Shown here piece by piece: positions 25,762-35,149 of a DNA stretch of 51,563 nt; the first letter of the stretch is position 1; the number at the start of each line of letters is the position of its first letter. The translations under genes were made by a program, and so were the position numbers. The stretch is from a virus (lineage: Duplodnaviria > Caudoviricetes). The stretch covers positions 1-51,563 of the IMG/VR virus record IMGVR_UViG_3300006029_000009. The stretch is one strand, 5' to 3'. A model generated the notes under the pieces. The model made no database searches. It saw only the letters and a list, made by a program, of their open reading frames with translations, and had not been told where the DNA came from.

Positions 25762-26994
25762 ATGCCTACGAACATCTCCGATGCACAAGCATCAAAACTA
25801 TTTGGCCAAGCGTTATTCGTAGAAGCCAGTTCCGCTAACGTCTTTTCAAACTTACTTTGTGACAGCGCGCCTATGGCAGTTGAAGAAAGCAAGGTTGATG
25901 GATCTAAGCAAACCAGCAAAGCCGCTCCATGTGTTCGAGTTACTAATCTCGAAAAGCAGGCCGGTAACGAGCTTACTTTAGACTTGTTCCAGCAATTGCA
26001 CACAGAACCAGTGATGGGCGACGACGACATCGAGGGCCGCTTAGCTTCATTGAAGAAAGGCGAATTCTCGTTAAAGATTGACCAATATCGTCAAGGCGTC
26101 GATTCTGGCGGCAAGATGACTCAGCAAAAAACACCACACGACTTGCGAAAAGTTGCTCGTTCTTTGCTTGGTCCACAGGGCAATAAGTTACGCGATCAAG
26201 TAATGCAGGTTCAGCTTGCCGGTGATCGTGGAACGCTTGAGCGTAAAGATTGGATGGTGCCGGTAGCTACTGCCGCAAGCTTTAGCAAAATCATGGTTAA
26301 TCCGGTTCGCCCGCCCACTTTTGATCATCATACCTATGCTAATGGCAAGACGGCAATGGACGGCCTTGTTGCAGCTGACACTTTCTCGCTTACTGACGTT
26401 GACAGATTGATGTTGCAGATCGAAGAAGATGCCTTTCCCTTGCAGCCTATTAGCTATACAGGTGATGAGCGCGCAATGTATGACCCGCTTTATGTGCTCT
26501 ATATTAGTCCTCGCCAATGGTTTGACTTTTGGACTTCGGCCTCGGCTGAAAATACAAGCGGTCGCCGCTGGCAGGATCTTATTACGGCAGCCCATAACCG
26601 CACTAAAGGCATGGATCATCCTTTATTTAAGGGTGATTGCGCTATGTGGTCAAACATCTTGATCAAAAAAGCGCCTCGCGCTATTGGTTGGAATGCTGGC
26701 GATGTTGCAACGGTATCAACTAATGAAGCTACTGGCTTGATTACAGCTGATGTAACTCCTAGCGTTCCTGTCCATCGTGCGGTATTACTCGGCGCTCAAG
26801 CAGTTGCTGAAGCATGGGGTGATGCTGGTGGTAAGTCTCCGTTCAAGCATATCAGCAAACTTGTCGATCACGATAACCGAGTAGAGCAATCAATCTCGTC
26901 TATTCGTGGTTGTGCCAAGATTCGCTTTCAAGGTGGTGATGGTCGAGTTAATGATCATGGCGTTATTGCTTTGGACACGGCTGTTTCAGTTTAA
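25762..26994 (+). CDS. major capsid protein (N4-gp56/DUF4043 type)
   Basis: P.VRVT.L.K.AG, P.MGD...EG, IDQ.R..V..GGKM.Q..T..DLR, HPLF.G, RA.LLGAQA, K.RF...D.GV...DT. Confidence 0.9.
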   Translation: MPTNISDAQASKLFGQALFVEASSANVFSNLLCDSAPMAVEESKVDGSKQTSKAAPCVRVTNLEKQAGNELTLDLFQQLHTEPVMGDDDIEGRLASLKKGEFSLKIDQYRQGVDSGGKMTQQKTPHDLRKVARSLLGPQGNKLRDQVMQVQLAGDRGTLERKDWMVPVATAASFSKIMVNPVRPPTFDHHTYANGKTAMDGLVAADTFSLTDVDRLMLQIEEDAFPLQPISYTGDERAMYDPLYVLYISPRQWFDFWTSASAENTSGRRWQDLITAAHNRTKGMDHPLFKGDCAMWSNILIKKAPRAIGWNAGDVATVSTNEATGLITADVTPSVPVHRAVLLGAQAVAEAWGDAGGKSPFKHISKLVDHDNRVEQSISSIRGCAKIRFQGGDGRVNDHGVIALDTAVSV

Positions 26995-27001
26995 TCTTAA
27001 C

Positions 27002-27023
27002 GGCTCCTTTTGGGGCCATTTTT
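27002..27023 (+). terminator. terminator-like hairpin after the capsid gene
   Basis: GGCTCC-TTTT-GGGGCC-ATTTTT. Confidence 0.5.
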
Positions 27024-27046
27024 AATTCTTTTAAGAGGAATCCATT

Positions 27047-27352
27047 ATGGAATCTAATATTTTCAATAAGCCCATTTATTCGGGCACCCATGGTAATGCC
27101 AAGACGGAAATTGCGAAAGTTACTTCTGCCATTGGCGTTTTAGATCAATTAATCCAAGTGCAAGCTGGGACAACCATCGTTAGCACTGCAGCTTTTGGCG
27201 CTGCGGGCACGATTGGCTATCTTGATGGCGTAACATCTAGCGCTGCAGGTCTTGATGGTGCTTTTGAGCCGTACACATTCGCAGAGGATGGTGAGGTTAC
27301 TTACACACCTTCTGCAGATGGTGCAGCAACGGTCGTCATTAACTATGTTTAA
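27047..27352 (+). CDS. capsid decoration/cement protein
   Basis: Small beta-rich protein (Y.G..GN N-terminus) right after the capsid gene; GAGG RBS. Confidence 0.65.
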   Translation: MESNIFNKPIYSGTHGNAKTEIAKVTSAIGVLDQLIQVQAGTTIVSTAAFGAAGTIGYLDGVTSSAAGLDGAFEPYTFAEDGEVTYTPSADGAATVVINYV

Positions 27353-27399
27353 TTAAACGGCCTCTCGGGGCCGTTATCTATTCGGATATAAATTACAAC

Positions 27400-27459
27400 C
27401 AAACTAAAGTGTTTTTAGTAAAGTTAGGGCCCTAACTAAACTATTTTTACTTTAGTTTG
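27400..27459. repeat. 60-bp interrupted palindrome
   Basis: CAAACTAAAGT/ACTTTAGTTTG arms, TAGT/ACTA and a central AGTTAGGG|CCCTAACT, all sharing the axis between 27429 and 27430. Confidence 0.85.
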
Positions 27460-27499
27460 TTCGAGGCAAAACTATTTTTACTAAAGGCTGGGTAGGTGA

Positions 27500-28150
27500 A
27501 TGTTAATTCAAGAGATAGAATCGCATATTCGAGAGATTTTGCGCGACATTGATGAAGACCAGTATACGAGCGAGTTTATCTATAGTGCGATTTTAAGTGC
27601 TGAGCTATCAATTCACTCATACCGGCCGGACGCAACATCGACAGAATTAGACGTGGTGTGCGTGCAAGGCTCAAGGCAATCACTGCCAACAACCGCAACA
27701 CAATTACTGTCAGTGGTCCGCAATGGTTCGCCATCGTCGGTAGGGAGGGTTATTCATCGTGTCAGTGAGACAAGCTTGAATACATTTACCCCCGATTGGC
27801 AATCAGCTACACCACAGGCAACAGCAAGGGAGTATATTTTTGATGAGAGAGAGAAAACGGTTTTCTATCTGAATCCGCCTATCGACGCTGGCGGCAGCAT
27901 TACAGTTATTGCGAGCATGACGCCACAGCCTAATTTGGTAGTGGACGCAACCACACAAACAACTGTGAATGATGAGTACCGGCAGCCATTGATTGAGTAT
28001 GCGCTTTATGTGTTGTTCAGCTCTGACACAGAGGGCACACCTAATATTTCTAGGGCTCAAACCCATCTAAATACCTTCGCTAACGTTCTCGGCGTTAGCT
28101 GGCAGGCAGTGCGCGGACAGTCGCCAAAACAGGTTGCTTACGAAAAATAA
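27500..28150 (+). CDS. head-tail adaptor protein (DUF6682-like)
   Basis: L.D....Y...RPDA...C.QGSRQ.LP...L.VVRN...L....PDW...FY..PP...L..Y.LY..FS.D.E. Confidence 0.75.
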   Translation: MLIQEIESHIREILRDIDEDQYTSEFIYSAILSAELSIHSYRPDATSTELDVVCVQGSRQSLPTTATQLLSVVRNGSPSSVGRVIHRVSETSLNTFTPDWQSATPQATAREYIFDEREKTVFYLNPPIDAGGSITVIASMTPQPNLVVDATTQTTVNDEYRQPLIEYALYVLFSSDTEGTPNISRAQTHLNTFANVLGVSWQAVRGQSPKQVAYEK

Positions 28151-29736
28151 TGGCTAGAATCGATATACGTGTCCCGTTAGGTGAGATGCCAAAGGTTGAG
28201 GACCACCAGCTAAGCCAAAATTATGCCGGTGAAGCTCGCAATATGGACCTGCGAAATGCAACATGGAAAACCTATAAAGCACCATTAGACCTTTCTCAGC
28301 CGATACTTCCGGCAACAAAAACTATCTACAGATACAATCCTGATTCTGGAGGCTTCTTATTTCAGTTTGATAATGTCGTGGACGTTATAAGGGGGCCGAT
28401 AGCTTCTGACACCAATCTTATGACTTATATTTTTGGTGATGGAGTGCCTAAGTTTACGGTTTCCAGTATTGCCCAAACTGCCGCACCTTATCCGTCCGCC
28501 ACTTATGATCTTGGTATTCCGGTGCCGGTCGGGGCGATAAGCGTTACCGGTCCAGCAATTGCCGCACCGGATGACGTGGAGGTTGTTACAACAAACTATG
28601 TCGTTACCTATATAGATCAATTTGGGGCGGAAGGTCCACCGAGCAGCGTTACTGTTACGGTTGATCGATGGGATGGTCAACCTGTCAACCTGTCAAACAT
28701 TCCGGTATCTTCCGGTAATTTCATCATTGCAACTAAGCGAATTTACCGCTCTGAATTGTCCGGTGAATTCCTGTTTGTTGCAGATATTGGTGCCGCCGTG
28801 ACCACCTACGATGATTCGGTCGACTCTAATCTTTTAGGTACGGTACTGCCAAGCACGAACTGGTTTGCGCCGGACCCATTGCTTGAGGGTGCTATTGCGC
28901 TACCGAATGGCGGGATAATGGGGTGGAATGGTAACACTATTTCATTTTCTGAACCGTTCAGGCCGCATGCTTGGCCACCCGAGTATGAGCAGGGGTTAGA
29001 TTTTGACGTAGTTGGCGCCTCGGTCACATCTTCTGGTATTTTGGTTGCGACAACCGGCAAGCCTTATGTAATTACAGGTATCGACCCTAGCTCAATGGGG
29101 GCAGATAAAATCGACGCTATTCAGGCTTGCGTATCGCGACGATCGATCGTTGATATGGGTGGGTTTGCTATTTATGCCTCTTCAGATGGGTTAGTCGCGG
29201 CAGGTGGGGCGGAAGCAAAGCTTATATCGGAGGATTTAATAACGCCAGAACAGTTTAGGGCGCTTAATCCTGCCAGCTTTGATGCGTACCGCTATGACGA
29301 GCGATATTTAGCGTTTTATGATAATGGCGTTGATCAAGGTGCGTTAATGTTTTCACCGAAAGAGGGATTTATATTCTTTGACCAGTTTGCCGAGGCTGGA
29401 TACGTCGACAGGGAAACCGGCAGACTTTATTTAAAGCAGGGCACGGCATTAACCGCTTGGAATGAGGGCGCGCAGCTTGAAGGAAGATGGCGAAGCAAGT
29501 TATTCCAGTCGCCGCAGGATCAATTTCTTTCGGTTGCGAAGGTTGACGCTAATTCATACCCGCAAACTCTCGAGTTTTTTCGAGACGGGATATCAATAAA
29601 AACAATAGCCGTGCAAAACAATAAGGGTTTTCGTCTGCCTTCTCGGTCACGATACCGTGATGATCAGTTTGAGTATAGAGGCACCGGTGAAGTCACTAGG
29701 GTACAGCTTGCGTCAAGCATGAGTGAATTGATATGA
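28150..29736 (+). CDS. tail tubular/nozzle-like protein
   Basis: GE.P....L....A..A.N, YV.TY....G.EGPPS, FSEP..P.AWP, CVS.RS.V, YAS.DGLV, WRSK.F. Confidence 0.75.
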   Translation: MARIDIRVPLGEMPKVEDHQLSQNYAGEARNMDLRNATWKTYKAPLDLSQPILPATKTIYRYNPDSGGFLFQFDNVVDVIRGPIASDTNLMTYIFGDGVPKFTVSSIAQTAAPYPSATYDLGIPVPVGAISVTGPAIAAPDDVEVVTTNYVVTYIDQFGAEGPPSSVTVTVDRWDGQPVNLSNIPVSSGNFIIATKRIYRSELSGEFLFVADIGAAVTTYDDSVDSNLLGTVLPSTNWFAPDPLLEGAIALPNGGIMGWNGNTISFSEPFRPHAWPPEYEQGLDFDVVGASVTSSGILVATTGKPYVITGIDPSSMGADKIDAIQACVSRRSIVDMGGFAIYASSDGLVAAGGAEAKLISEDLITPEQFRALNPASFDAYRYDERYLAFYDNGVDQGALMFSPKEGFIFFDQFAEAGYVDRETGRLYLKQGTALTAWNEGAQLEGRWRSKLFQSPQDQFLSVAKVDANSYPQTLEFFRDGISIKTIAVQNNKGFRLPSRSRYRDDQFEYRGTGEVTRVQLASSMSELI

Positions 29737-31238
29737 GTGGAGTGTCACCCACGTCAAGAGGTCTGGACCATCAAACAAAGCGATTGCTGGACGGGTTAAA
29801 AAGAACACTTGAGCAAGGTGATGGACAAAGCAGGGACAAAAGTAAGCGGTGGATTCGCGCCGAGGATCTTTCAGATCCAAGTGTTTTAAAGTTAATTAGC
29901 GGGTTTGCCCCCAATTTATCGTCGGGCGGCACAGGTACGGGAGGCGCTGAAAATAACCTAACGATTCCTCCAGTGCCAACGAGCCTAGCCGTTACTGGAG
30001 GCTTTAGCCATATACACTTAATCTGGGGTTCCCCCGATTCTCTATATTCTAACCACGGCTTTACCACTGTTTACAGAAATACTTCGGACAACATTGCTAC
30101 TGCTACAGCCGTTCATCAAACTATTGGTTTTCAATTTGCGGACGTCGATGTTGTTCGGGGCGTAAATTATTTTTATTGGATTAGATTTACAAGCGCTGCC
30201 GACATACAGGGGCCGCCCAATAGTAGTTCTGGAATATTAGGCGCAATAAGTCAGGACCCCGCACAAGTTTTAGAGCTTATTTCCGGCTTAATCGATACGA
30301 GCGACTTAGAAACCCAAATATTCGACGTTGACTTGTTTGGCATTAGATCGGCGGGGGCACAGCTTCTCACATTTGCTGTAGACACAATAAGTAATCAAGT
30401 CGTGATGGACGGCGCCTTAATTCAGGACGCAACAATAACCGACGCTAAAATAGGATCGCTCGCTGTAGATAAAGTTACCGGCATTAGCTCAAGTTTTTTA
30501 TTAAGCAATATTGGTGTTGGTAATATCACCAATGCCTATATCGGAAATATTTTACAGTCTACAAATTATGTTACCGGTGTAAGCGGCTGGAATATAAATA
30601 AGAATGGCTTTGTTGAGATTCAAAATCTATACGCTCGCGGAAATATTACTGCAAATCATTTAGATGGCGCTACAGGAACTTATAGCGGAACTCTAACAGC
30701 TAACGCAATTAACGCAGTGAACACGATTAATATTGCTGATAATGCTATTACTGTAATAGAAGAAATAGACTCGCCATCATACACAACTATAATTGCTAAT
30801 AACGGAAGTCAAGATGGCATAAGCGCGCCTAACGTTTTTTCTTTTTCTATTAATTACTCCAATTTTTCTTTAGGGCAAAAAGTAATATTTCACGAACTTA
30901 AATTACTATTAGATGCTCCGCATAGCGGGAATTCTTATCGTTCTGGTGGATTACCAACAATTTCTGTGTATCTTAACAATGTATTGCTAAAGTCTTATGT
31001 GGCTACCGTTATACCAATAATGGGTGTAGGGCCAGATCCAAACGGGGGCGGGGGTACTGTACCTGTTATTACGGGTTATAATTTAGAAGAGTTGAATATG
31101 GAAAATTTTACACACCCAATAACTAGCTTGGGGGTAAATACATACCGCTTTGCTTTTACTGGATTTTTATCGATAGGCGGTTGGGGGCCGCTAATAAAAG
31201 GCCCGTTTAGGGCTTTATTTCAGGGTGCCAAACGATGA
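29733..31238 (+). CDS. tail tip/receptor-binding protein with an FN3-like domain
   Basis: PP.PT.L...GG...I.L.W...YFYWIRF; I.DATIT.AKI..., LQS.NY..G.SGW.I.K.G; variable C-terminus. Confidence 0.7.
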   Translation: MSGVSPTSRGLDHQTKRLLDGLKRTLEQGDGQSRDKSKRWIRAEDLSDPSVLKLISGFAPNLSSGGTGTGGAENNLTIPPVPTSLAVTGGFSHIHLIWGSPDSLYSNHGFTTVYRNTSDNIATATAVHQTIGFQFADVDVVRGVNYFYWIRFTSAADIQGPPNSSSGILGAISQDPAQVLELISGLIDTSDLETQIFDVDLFGIRSAGAQLLTFAVDTISNQVVMDGALIQDATITDAKIGSLAVDKVTGISSSFLLSNIGVGNITNAYIGNILQSTNYVTGVSGWNINKNGFVEIQNLYARGNITANHLDGATGTYSGTLTANAINAVNTINIADNAITVIEEIDSPSYTTIIANNGSQDGISAPNVFSFSINYSNFSLGQKVIFHELKLLLDAPHSGNSYRSGGLPTISVYLNNVLLKSYVATVIPIMGVGPDPNGGGGTVPVITGYNLEELNMENFTHPITSLGVNTYRFAFTGFLSIGGWGPLIKGPFRALFQGAKR

Positions 31239-31642
31239 GCGTTTCATATTTTTCTAACCCTGCTAACGGAGGCGATGGAAGTTTTATCAGAAAAACAAGC
31301 AATGGCGTTATATTTGATGCAACACCTGATGAGGTTTCTTTTTCTGGTGATTATGATGATGTTTATTACTACGACGGCACTTCAGTAGTTGATCGTCCAA
31401 CAATGCCGCTAACAGGCACTCATGGCCCAGACCCTATAGTTTCATTTACTGAACTTTACATGGGGGTAAACGATGTACTTTTTATAGAAAATATACCGGT
31501 TGGTGCTATTTTTAGTCATCCGGCAGGCGACATTCAAGTAGATGATGGTTTTATTACATGGAGTACGCCTATCATTGGTGAGTACGATATGAAATTTTCT
31601 TTGTTTCCTTTTAACGATGTAAATTTTAAGGTGTTTACTTAA
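31235..31642 (+). CDS. tail-associated hypothetical protein
   Basis: ATGA overlap with the tail tip gene; YY.....V.RP...IP.GA pattern. Confidence 0.6.
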   Translation: MSVSYFSNPANGGDGSFIRKTSNGVIFDATPDEVSFSGDYDDVYYYDGTSVVDRPTMPLTGTHGPDPIVSFTELYMGVNDVLFIENIPVGAIFSHPAGDIQVDDGFITWSTPIIGEYDMKFSLFPFNDVNFKVFT

Positions 31643-31643
31643 T

Positions 31644-32024
31644 ATGCCTGCCATTACTCCATACGATCCTTTGGTCACTAACTTAGAATTACGAAGCGGG
31701 TTAACTACAATTGAAAACTTTCCTGTAGAAGTTGCCGATACAAATATATTTTTATTTGATGATGTAACGCAAAAAAGACTTCAAACAATTGTAGATTATT
31801 GGACAGAGCTAGAATCATCTTCTGAAACAGAACATAGGCAGTGGGAATTGTCAGACAACAGCTTTATTACTGTTACAATAACAACATCGGTAAGCTATTT
31901 AAGCGAGTTAAAAGAGCTCAAGGCATTAAGGTCTACAAAAGCTATGGGTGAGTACCGAGCGTTTATTGTGGCAGGCGGCGCAACTCAAACACAGTATGCT
32001 GCTTGGCTTTCTTCTTATGAATAA
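31644..32024 (+). CDS. tail fibre assembly-like protein (DUF4376-like)
   Basis: F..D...Q.RL...W.L.DN....T pattern. Confidence 0.55.
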   Translation: MPAITPYDPLVTNLELRSGLTTIENFPVEVADTNIFLFDDVTQKRLQTIVDYWTELESSSETEHRQWELSDNSFITVTITTSVSYLSELKELKALRSTKAMGEYRAFIVAGGATQTQYAAWLSSYE

Positions 32025-32057
32025 TATTGGCATTAATTCTAACCGGCTACTTTTCAA

Positions 32058-32432
32058 ATGAAACTAAAGCTCGTAAAGCATGAACAGTTATGGGATTTTA
32101 TGGAAGAAAAGATGCAGGGCTACACTAGCCAAGAAAATATTTTAGATATTAAGGATTCTCTTGACGAAGGCGTTGCAAAATTATTCTCATGCGGTGACGA
32201 CTTTATTGTTATTGCTCCAGCGATAAGGGAGAGAAAAGACGGCCTACTACTTTGGTTTGCTTATTCAATGTCAGGCTGCGCAATTAAAAAATACGAAAAA
32301 GATATTGACCTTATAGCCAAAGAGTTTGGCGCAAAATTTATTGAGTTTTGGACTGACAGAGACGGGTTTGAAAGGATTGTTCCAAAACTGAATTACAAAA
32401 AAGCATATACCGTGTGGAGACTTGAATTATGA
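32058..32432 (+). CDS. GNAT-fold-like protein preceding the ejection genes
   Basis: LLWFAYS...IAKEFGA..IEF.T.R.G..R...Y; typical podovirus position. Confidence 0.6.
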   Translation: MKLKLVKHEQLWDFMEEKMQGYTSQENILDIKDSLDEGVAKLFSCGDDFIVIAPAIRERKDGLLLWFAYSMSGCAIKKYEKDIDLIAKEFGAKFIEFWTDRDGFERIVPKLNYKKAYTVWRLEL

Positions 32433-33148
32433 ATTTAAACTATGAGCTAGAGGTTGGTTTTTGTGACCCCGAAGATAGCGGCCAATTCCAGCCAATCAAT
32501 ACAAAATACCACCTAAATTATAAAGGCGGCGATAATAAGGTTAAAGAAACGGCAGCGGAAAAAAAAGCGGCAGAAATTAATATTAACCGCTGGAATCGGA
32601 GCATGGAAAAGTTCGAGCCCCTAAAGCAGCTTTACCGTGAAAAAGTCGATGATCTTGATTCAAAAGGTAAGCGCTCTTACGCTACAGGTAAAGCGTCACA
32701 GGATTCGCTCTCAGCATTTTCATCCGCTAAAGATAGAGTTGCGGACAGCAAGATAAGGGGAGGCATTAACCCTAATAGCGGCAACTTTAAGGCGTCACTT
32801 TCCGACATCTCTACCGATCAGGCAGAGTCTGGCGGCGACGGCATGGCGCGAGCAGAAGTATCTATGACCGAATCAAAAGGACGAGGGTTAATGAATGTCT
32901 TAAATATGGGTAGAGGCGAAGAAACGCAGGCCCAAAGAGGTTTAAATTATCTTGCTGACACAAGCCAGAAAAAGGCAATAAGTGATGCGCAATTAGCAGA
33001 ACAAAAAAGAGCGAACAATCTCGATACAGCCGGAAGCGTGGCGGGGCTGGGAGCTTATTCTTACAACAAAAGTCAAAAGAGCGACGACCTTGCACCCGAC
33101 TGGAATCAGCCGGTACAAGATGACGACGATCTTTACTGGGGAGTATAA
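32429..33148 (+). CDS. internal virion/ejection protein
   Basis: KGG...VKET..E..., G.NP.SG, L.N....G.G; Ala/Gly-rich C-terminus. Confidence 0.65.
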   Translation: MNLNYELEVGFCDPEDSGQFQPINTKYHLNYKGGDNKVKETAAEKKAAEININRWNRSMEKFEPLKQLYREKVDDLDSKGKRSYATGKASQDSLSAFSSAKDRVADSKIRGGINPNSGNFKASLSDISTDQAESGGDGMARAEVSMTESKGRGLMNVLNMGRGEETQAQRGLNYLADTSQKKAISDAQLAEQKRANNLDTAGSVAGLGAYSYNKSQKSDDLAPDWNQPVQDDDDLYWGV

Positions 33149-33150
33149 AA

Positions 33151-33657
33151 ATGGGCAGGTCATCCGTTCCAACCCAAGAGGTTCAGCCAGCAGGTCCAGC
33201 GCTAGATTCTTTACCACCTTCGCAGCTTGGGTACGACCAGAACACACCCAATAATTATTTGGTCAACTATGACGGCTCAGCTGCCGGAGGCACTGCGGAC
33301 TTACTTGAAGCGCAATGGCAAAACTATATTGATAATTATTCTACTTACGAAGACCAAGCAATTGAATTCGCTACGAGTGACGCACCGGTTGCTGAGTCAC
33401 TAGCGAATGTTCGGTCCAGTATTGATCGTGGATTTAACACAGCTGACAAAAGTTATCAGCAAGGTTTGAGTGGTTATGGTATTTCTGAAACCGCAAGGCA
33501 GCGTCAAGCAAGGACGAAAAAGCAGGACTTGCGAAAAGGCTCTTCGTTAACGCAAGGTTTGAATAGCGCGCGCCTTTATACACAGGGTTTACAAGATCAA
33601 ATACTGTCTGGAGATTTAAGCCTTCAGACCGTCGAAAAACAAAACTTACAGGGGTAA
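33151..33657 (+). CDS. internal virion/ejection protein
   Basis: QW..Y...Y..YE...L..YG..; sits in the ejection cluster. Confidence 0.6.
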   Translation: MGRSSVPTQEVQPAGPALDSLPPSQLGYDQNTPNNYLVNYDGSAAGGTADLLEAQWQNYIDNYSTYEDQAIEFATSDAPVAESLANVRSSIDRGFNTADKSYQQGLSGYGISETARQRQARTKKQDLRKGSSLTQGLNSARLYTQGLQDQILSGDLSLQTVEKQNLQG

Positions 33658-33923
33658 TGGGGATGGGTTACGGTCTAGTTGATTACGGTACTGATATGCA
33701 AGGGCAGGCCCTGCAAGGTCTGCAAAAAGATGAGCGGCGCAAAGAGGAAAGAGAGCGAATTAATAAGCAGCAAAAGGAGGCGAAGAAACAACAAAATACC
33801 AATGCTGCAATATCTGGCGCTGCAACAGGAGCCGCTGTAGGAGCAAGTTACGGCAGCGCGGGTGGGCCTTGGGGCGCAGTTATTGGCGCAGTTGTTGGTT
33901 ACGCAATATCGGAGTATTCATAA
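33657..33923 (+). CDS. small glycine-zipper ejection protein
   Basis: GAATGAAVGASYGSAGGPWGAVIGAVVG. Confidence 0.7.
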   Translation: MGMGYGLVDYGTDMQGQALQGLQKDERRKEERERINKQQKEAKKQQNTNAAISGAATGAAVGASYGSAGGPWGAVIGAVVGYAISEYS

Positions 33924-35149
33924 TGAATTTTATTGATAGAGGGTTGAACACCTACGCAGCACTTCAGTCTATTGACAACAATAAAGAAGCTTCCGCAATG
34001 CGTAAAGAGGCGTTCCAGCAAAACAAGAATGATCGAGTGATTAACCAGCAGCGCCAAGCAAAGCAGGATAAGCGCGCAGATGAACTTTATAATCGAAAAG
34101 TAGAATCATTTGACTTTGAAAAAGGAAAGCAGGAGGCCACCTTCCTACTTGCAAAGCAAGCAGCAGCGAGAAAGGCTGGAGTTAAATATCAGCCGAGCGA
34201 TGAAGAGCTGCATATTATGCAAAACAATCGCTTGCTGAATATGGATTTTTTGATGAGCGACGAGGTTGGTCAAGCGCTTGAGGTCTCTGAACGAGTTAAG
34301 AGTGATCCATCTTTAGCAATGACACCGGAAGCAGCAGGTGCGCTAAATTTATTATCGCCAGAAATTCAAAAAGGTTCGGCTGGCAAAAAAAGCATCAGTA
34401 GAATAATGCCTGCGCCAAAAGAAGGTCACTTGGTTTTTGAGCTTGATGTTGATGGTGTAAAAAAACCAATGACAGAAGGCCGCGATATATCCAATCCTGA
34501 ATCTGTAATAAAGCAGGTTCCGATGGATGATGTTATCGATAGAGTGAACTCAGTTGCGCAACTTCGACAGCTGGTCACTTCGGATGAAGGTCAAGCTTAC
34601 TTGTCTAGCCTGTATAGCGAATTAAATGGTGGCGAGAAAGAACAAAAGCTATCTTCACTAGGCCAACTTTACAAAGAGCGTAACGCATTGCCCGAGGGTA
34701 GTGATCAACGCAGAACGTATGACCGTATTATCAATTCTAAAACAAAGAACGGCGGCGCAAAACCGCAGGGCGACCCATCAATAATACTTGCCGCAAAACG
34801 CTATAAGCAAGAGCTTAAACGGGAAGGAAAAGAGATTAGTTTTCAAGAAGCGTTCCGCATTACTAATTCAGCTAAAGAAAACCCTGTTAGGTTCGTGACA
34901 GATTACGTTAAGTCTGAATTGAAGCGGCAGGACGAAGCACTTATAAGTGAAGGCGACGAAGGTTATAAAGATCGTGATACGATAACGGCTGAAGCTATTG
35001 AAAGCTTAAATAGTACGCGAGAGACCTTAAATCAAAGCCCTATGTCAGCTGACGAAGCATCGCAAGGTATTAGCGACCACTTCCAGCAATCAATTAAACC
35101 ACAGTCAAAAGACTCCAGCCTTGATGATTACCTGAGCAACTTTCTATGA
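33923..35149 (+). CDS. internal virion/ejection protein (start revised to ATG 33923)
   Basis: TAATG coupling; helical protein directly before the giant gene. Confidence 0.7.
   Translation: MNFIDRGLNTYAALQSIDNNKEASAMRKEAFQQNKNDRVINQQRQAKQDKRADELYNRKVESFDFEKGKQEATFLLAKQAAARKAGVKYQPSDEELHIMQNNRLLNMDFLMSDEVGQALEVSERVKSDPSLAMTPEAAGALNLLSPEIQKGSAGKKSISRIMPAPKEGHLVFELDVDGVKKPMTEGRDISNPESVIKQVPMDDVIDRVNSVAQLRQLVTSDEGQAYLSSLYSELNGGEKEQKLSSLGQLYKERNALPEGSDQRRTYDRIINSKTKNGGAKPQGDPSIILAAKRYKQELKREGKEISFQEAFRITNSAKENPVRFVTDYVKSELKRQDEALISEGDEGYKDRDTITAEAIESLNSTRETLNQSPMSADEASQGISDHFQQSIKPQSKDSSLDDYLSNFL

Noticed and set aside
29733-31238. Diversity-generating retroelement or invertible tail cassette
   Set aside because: No reverse transcriptase, invertase or duplicated template repeat was seen
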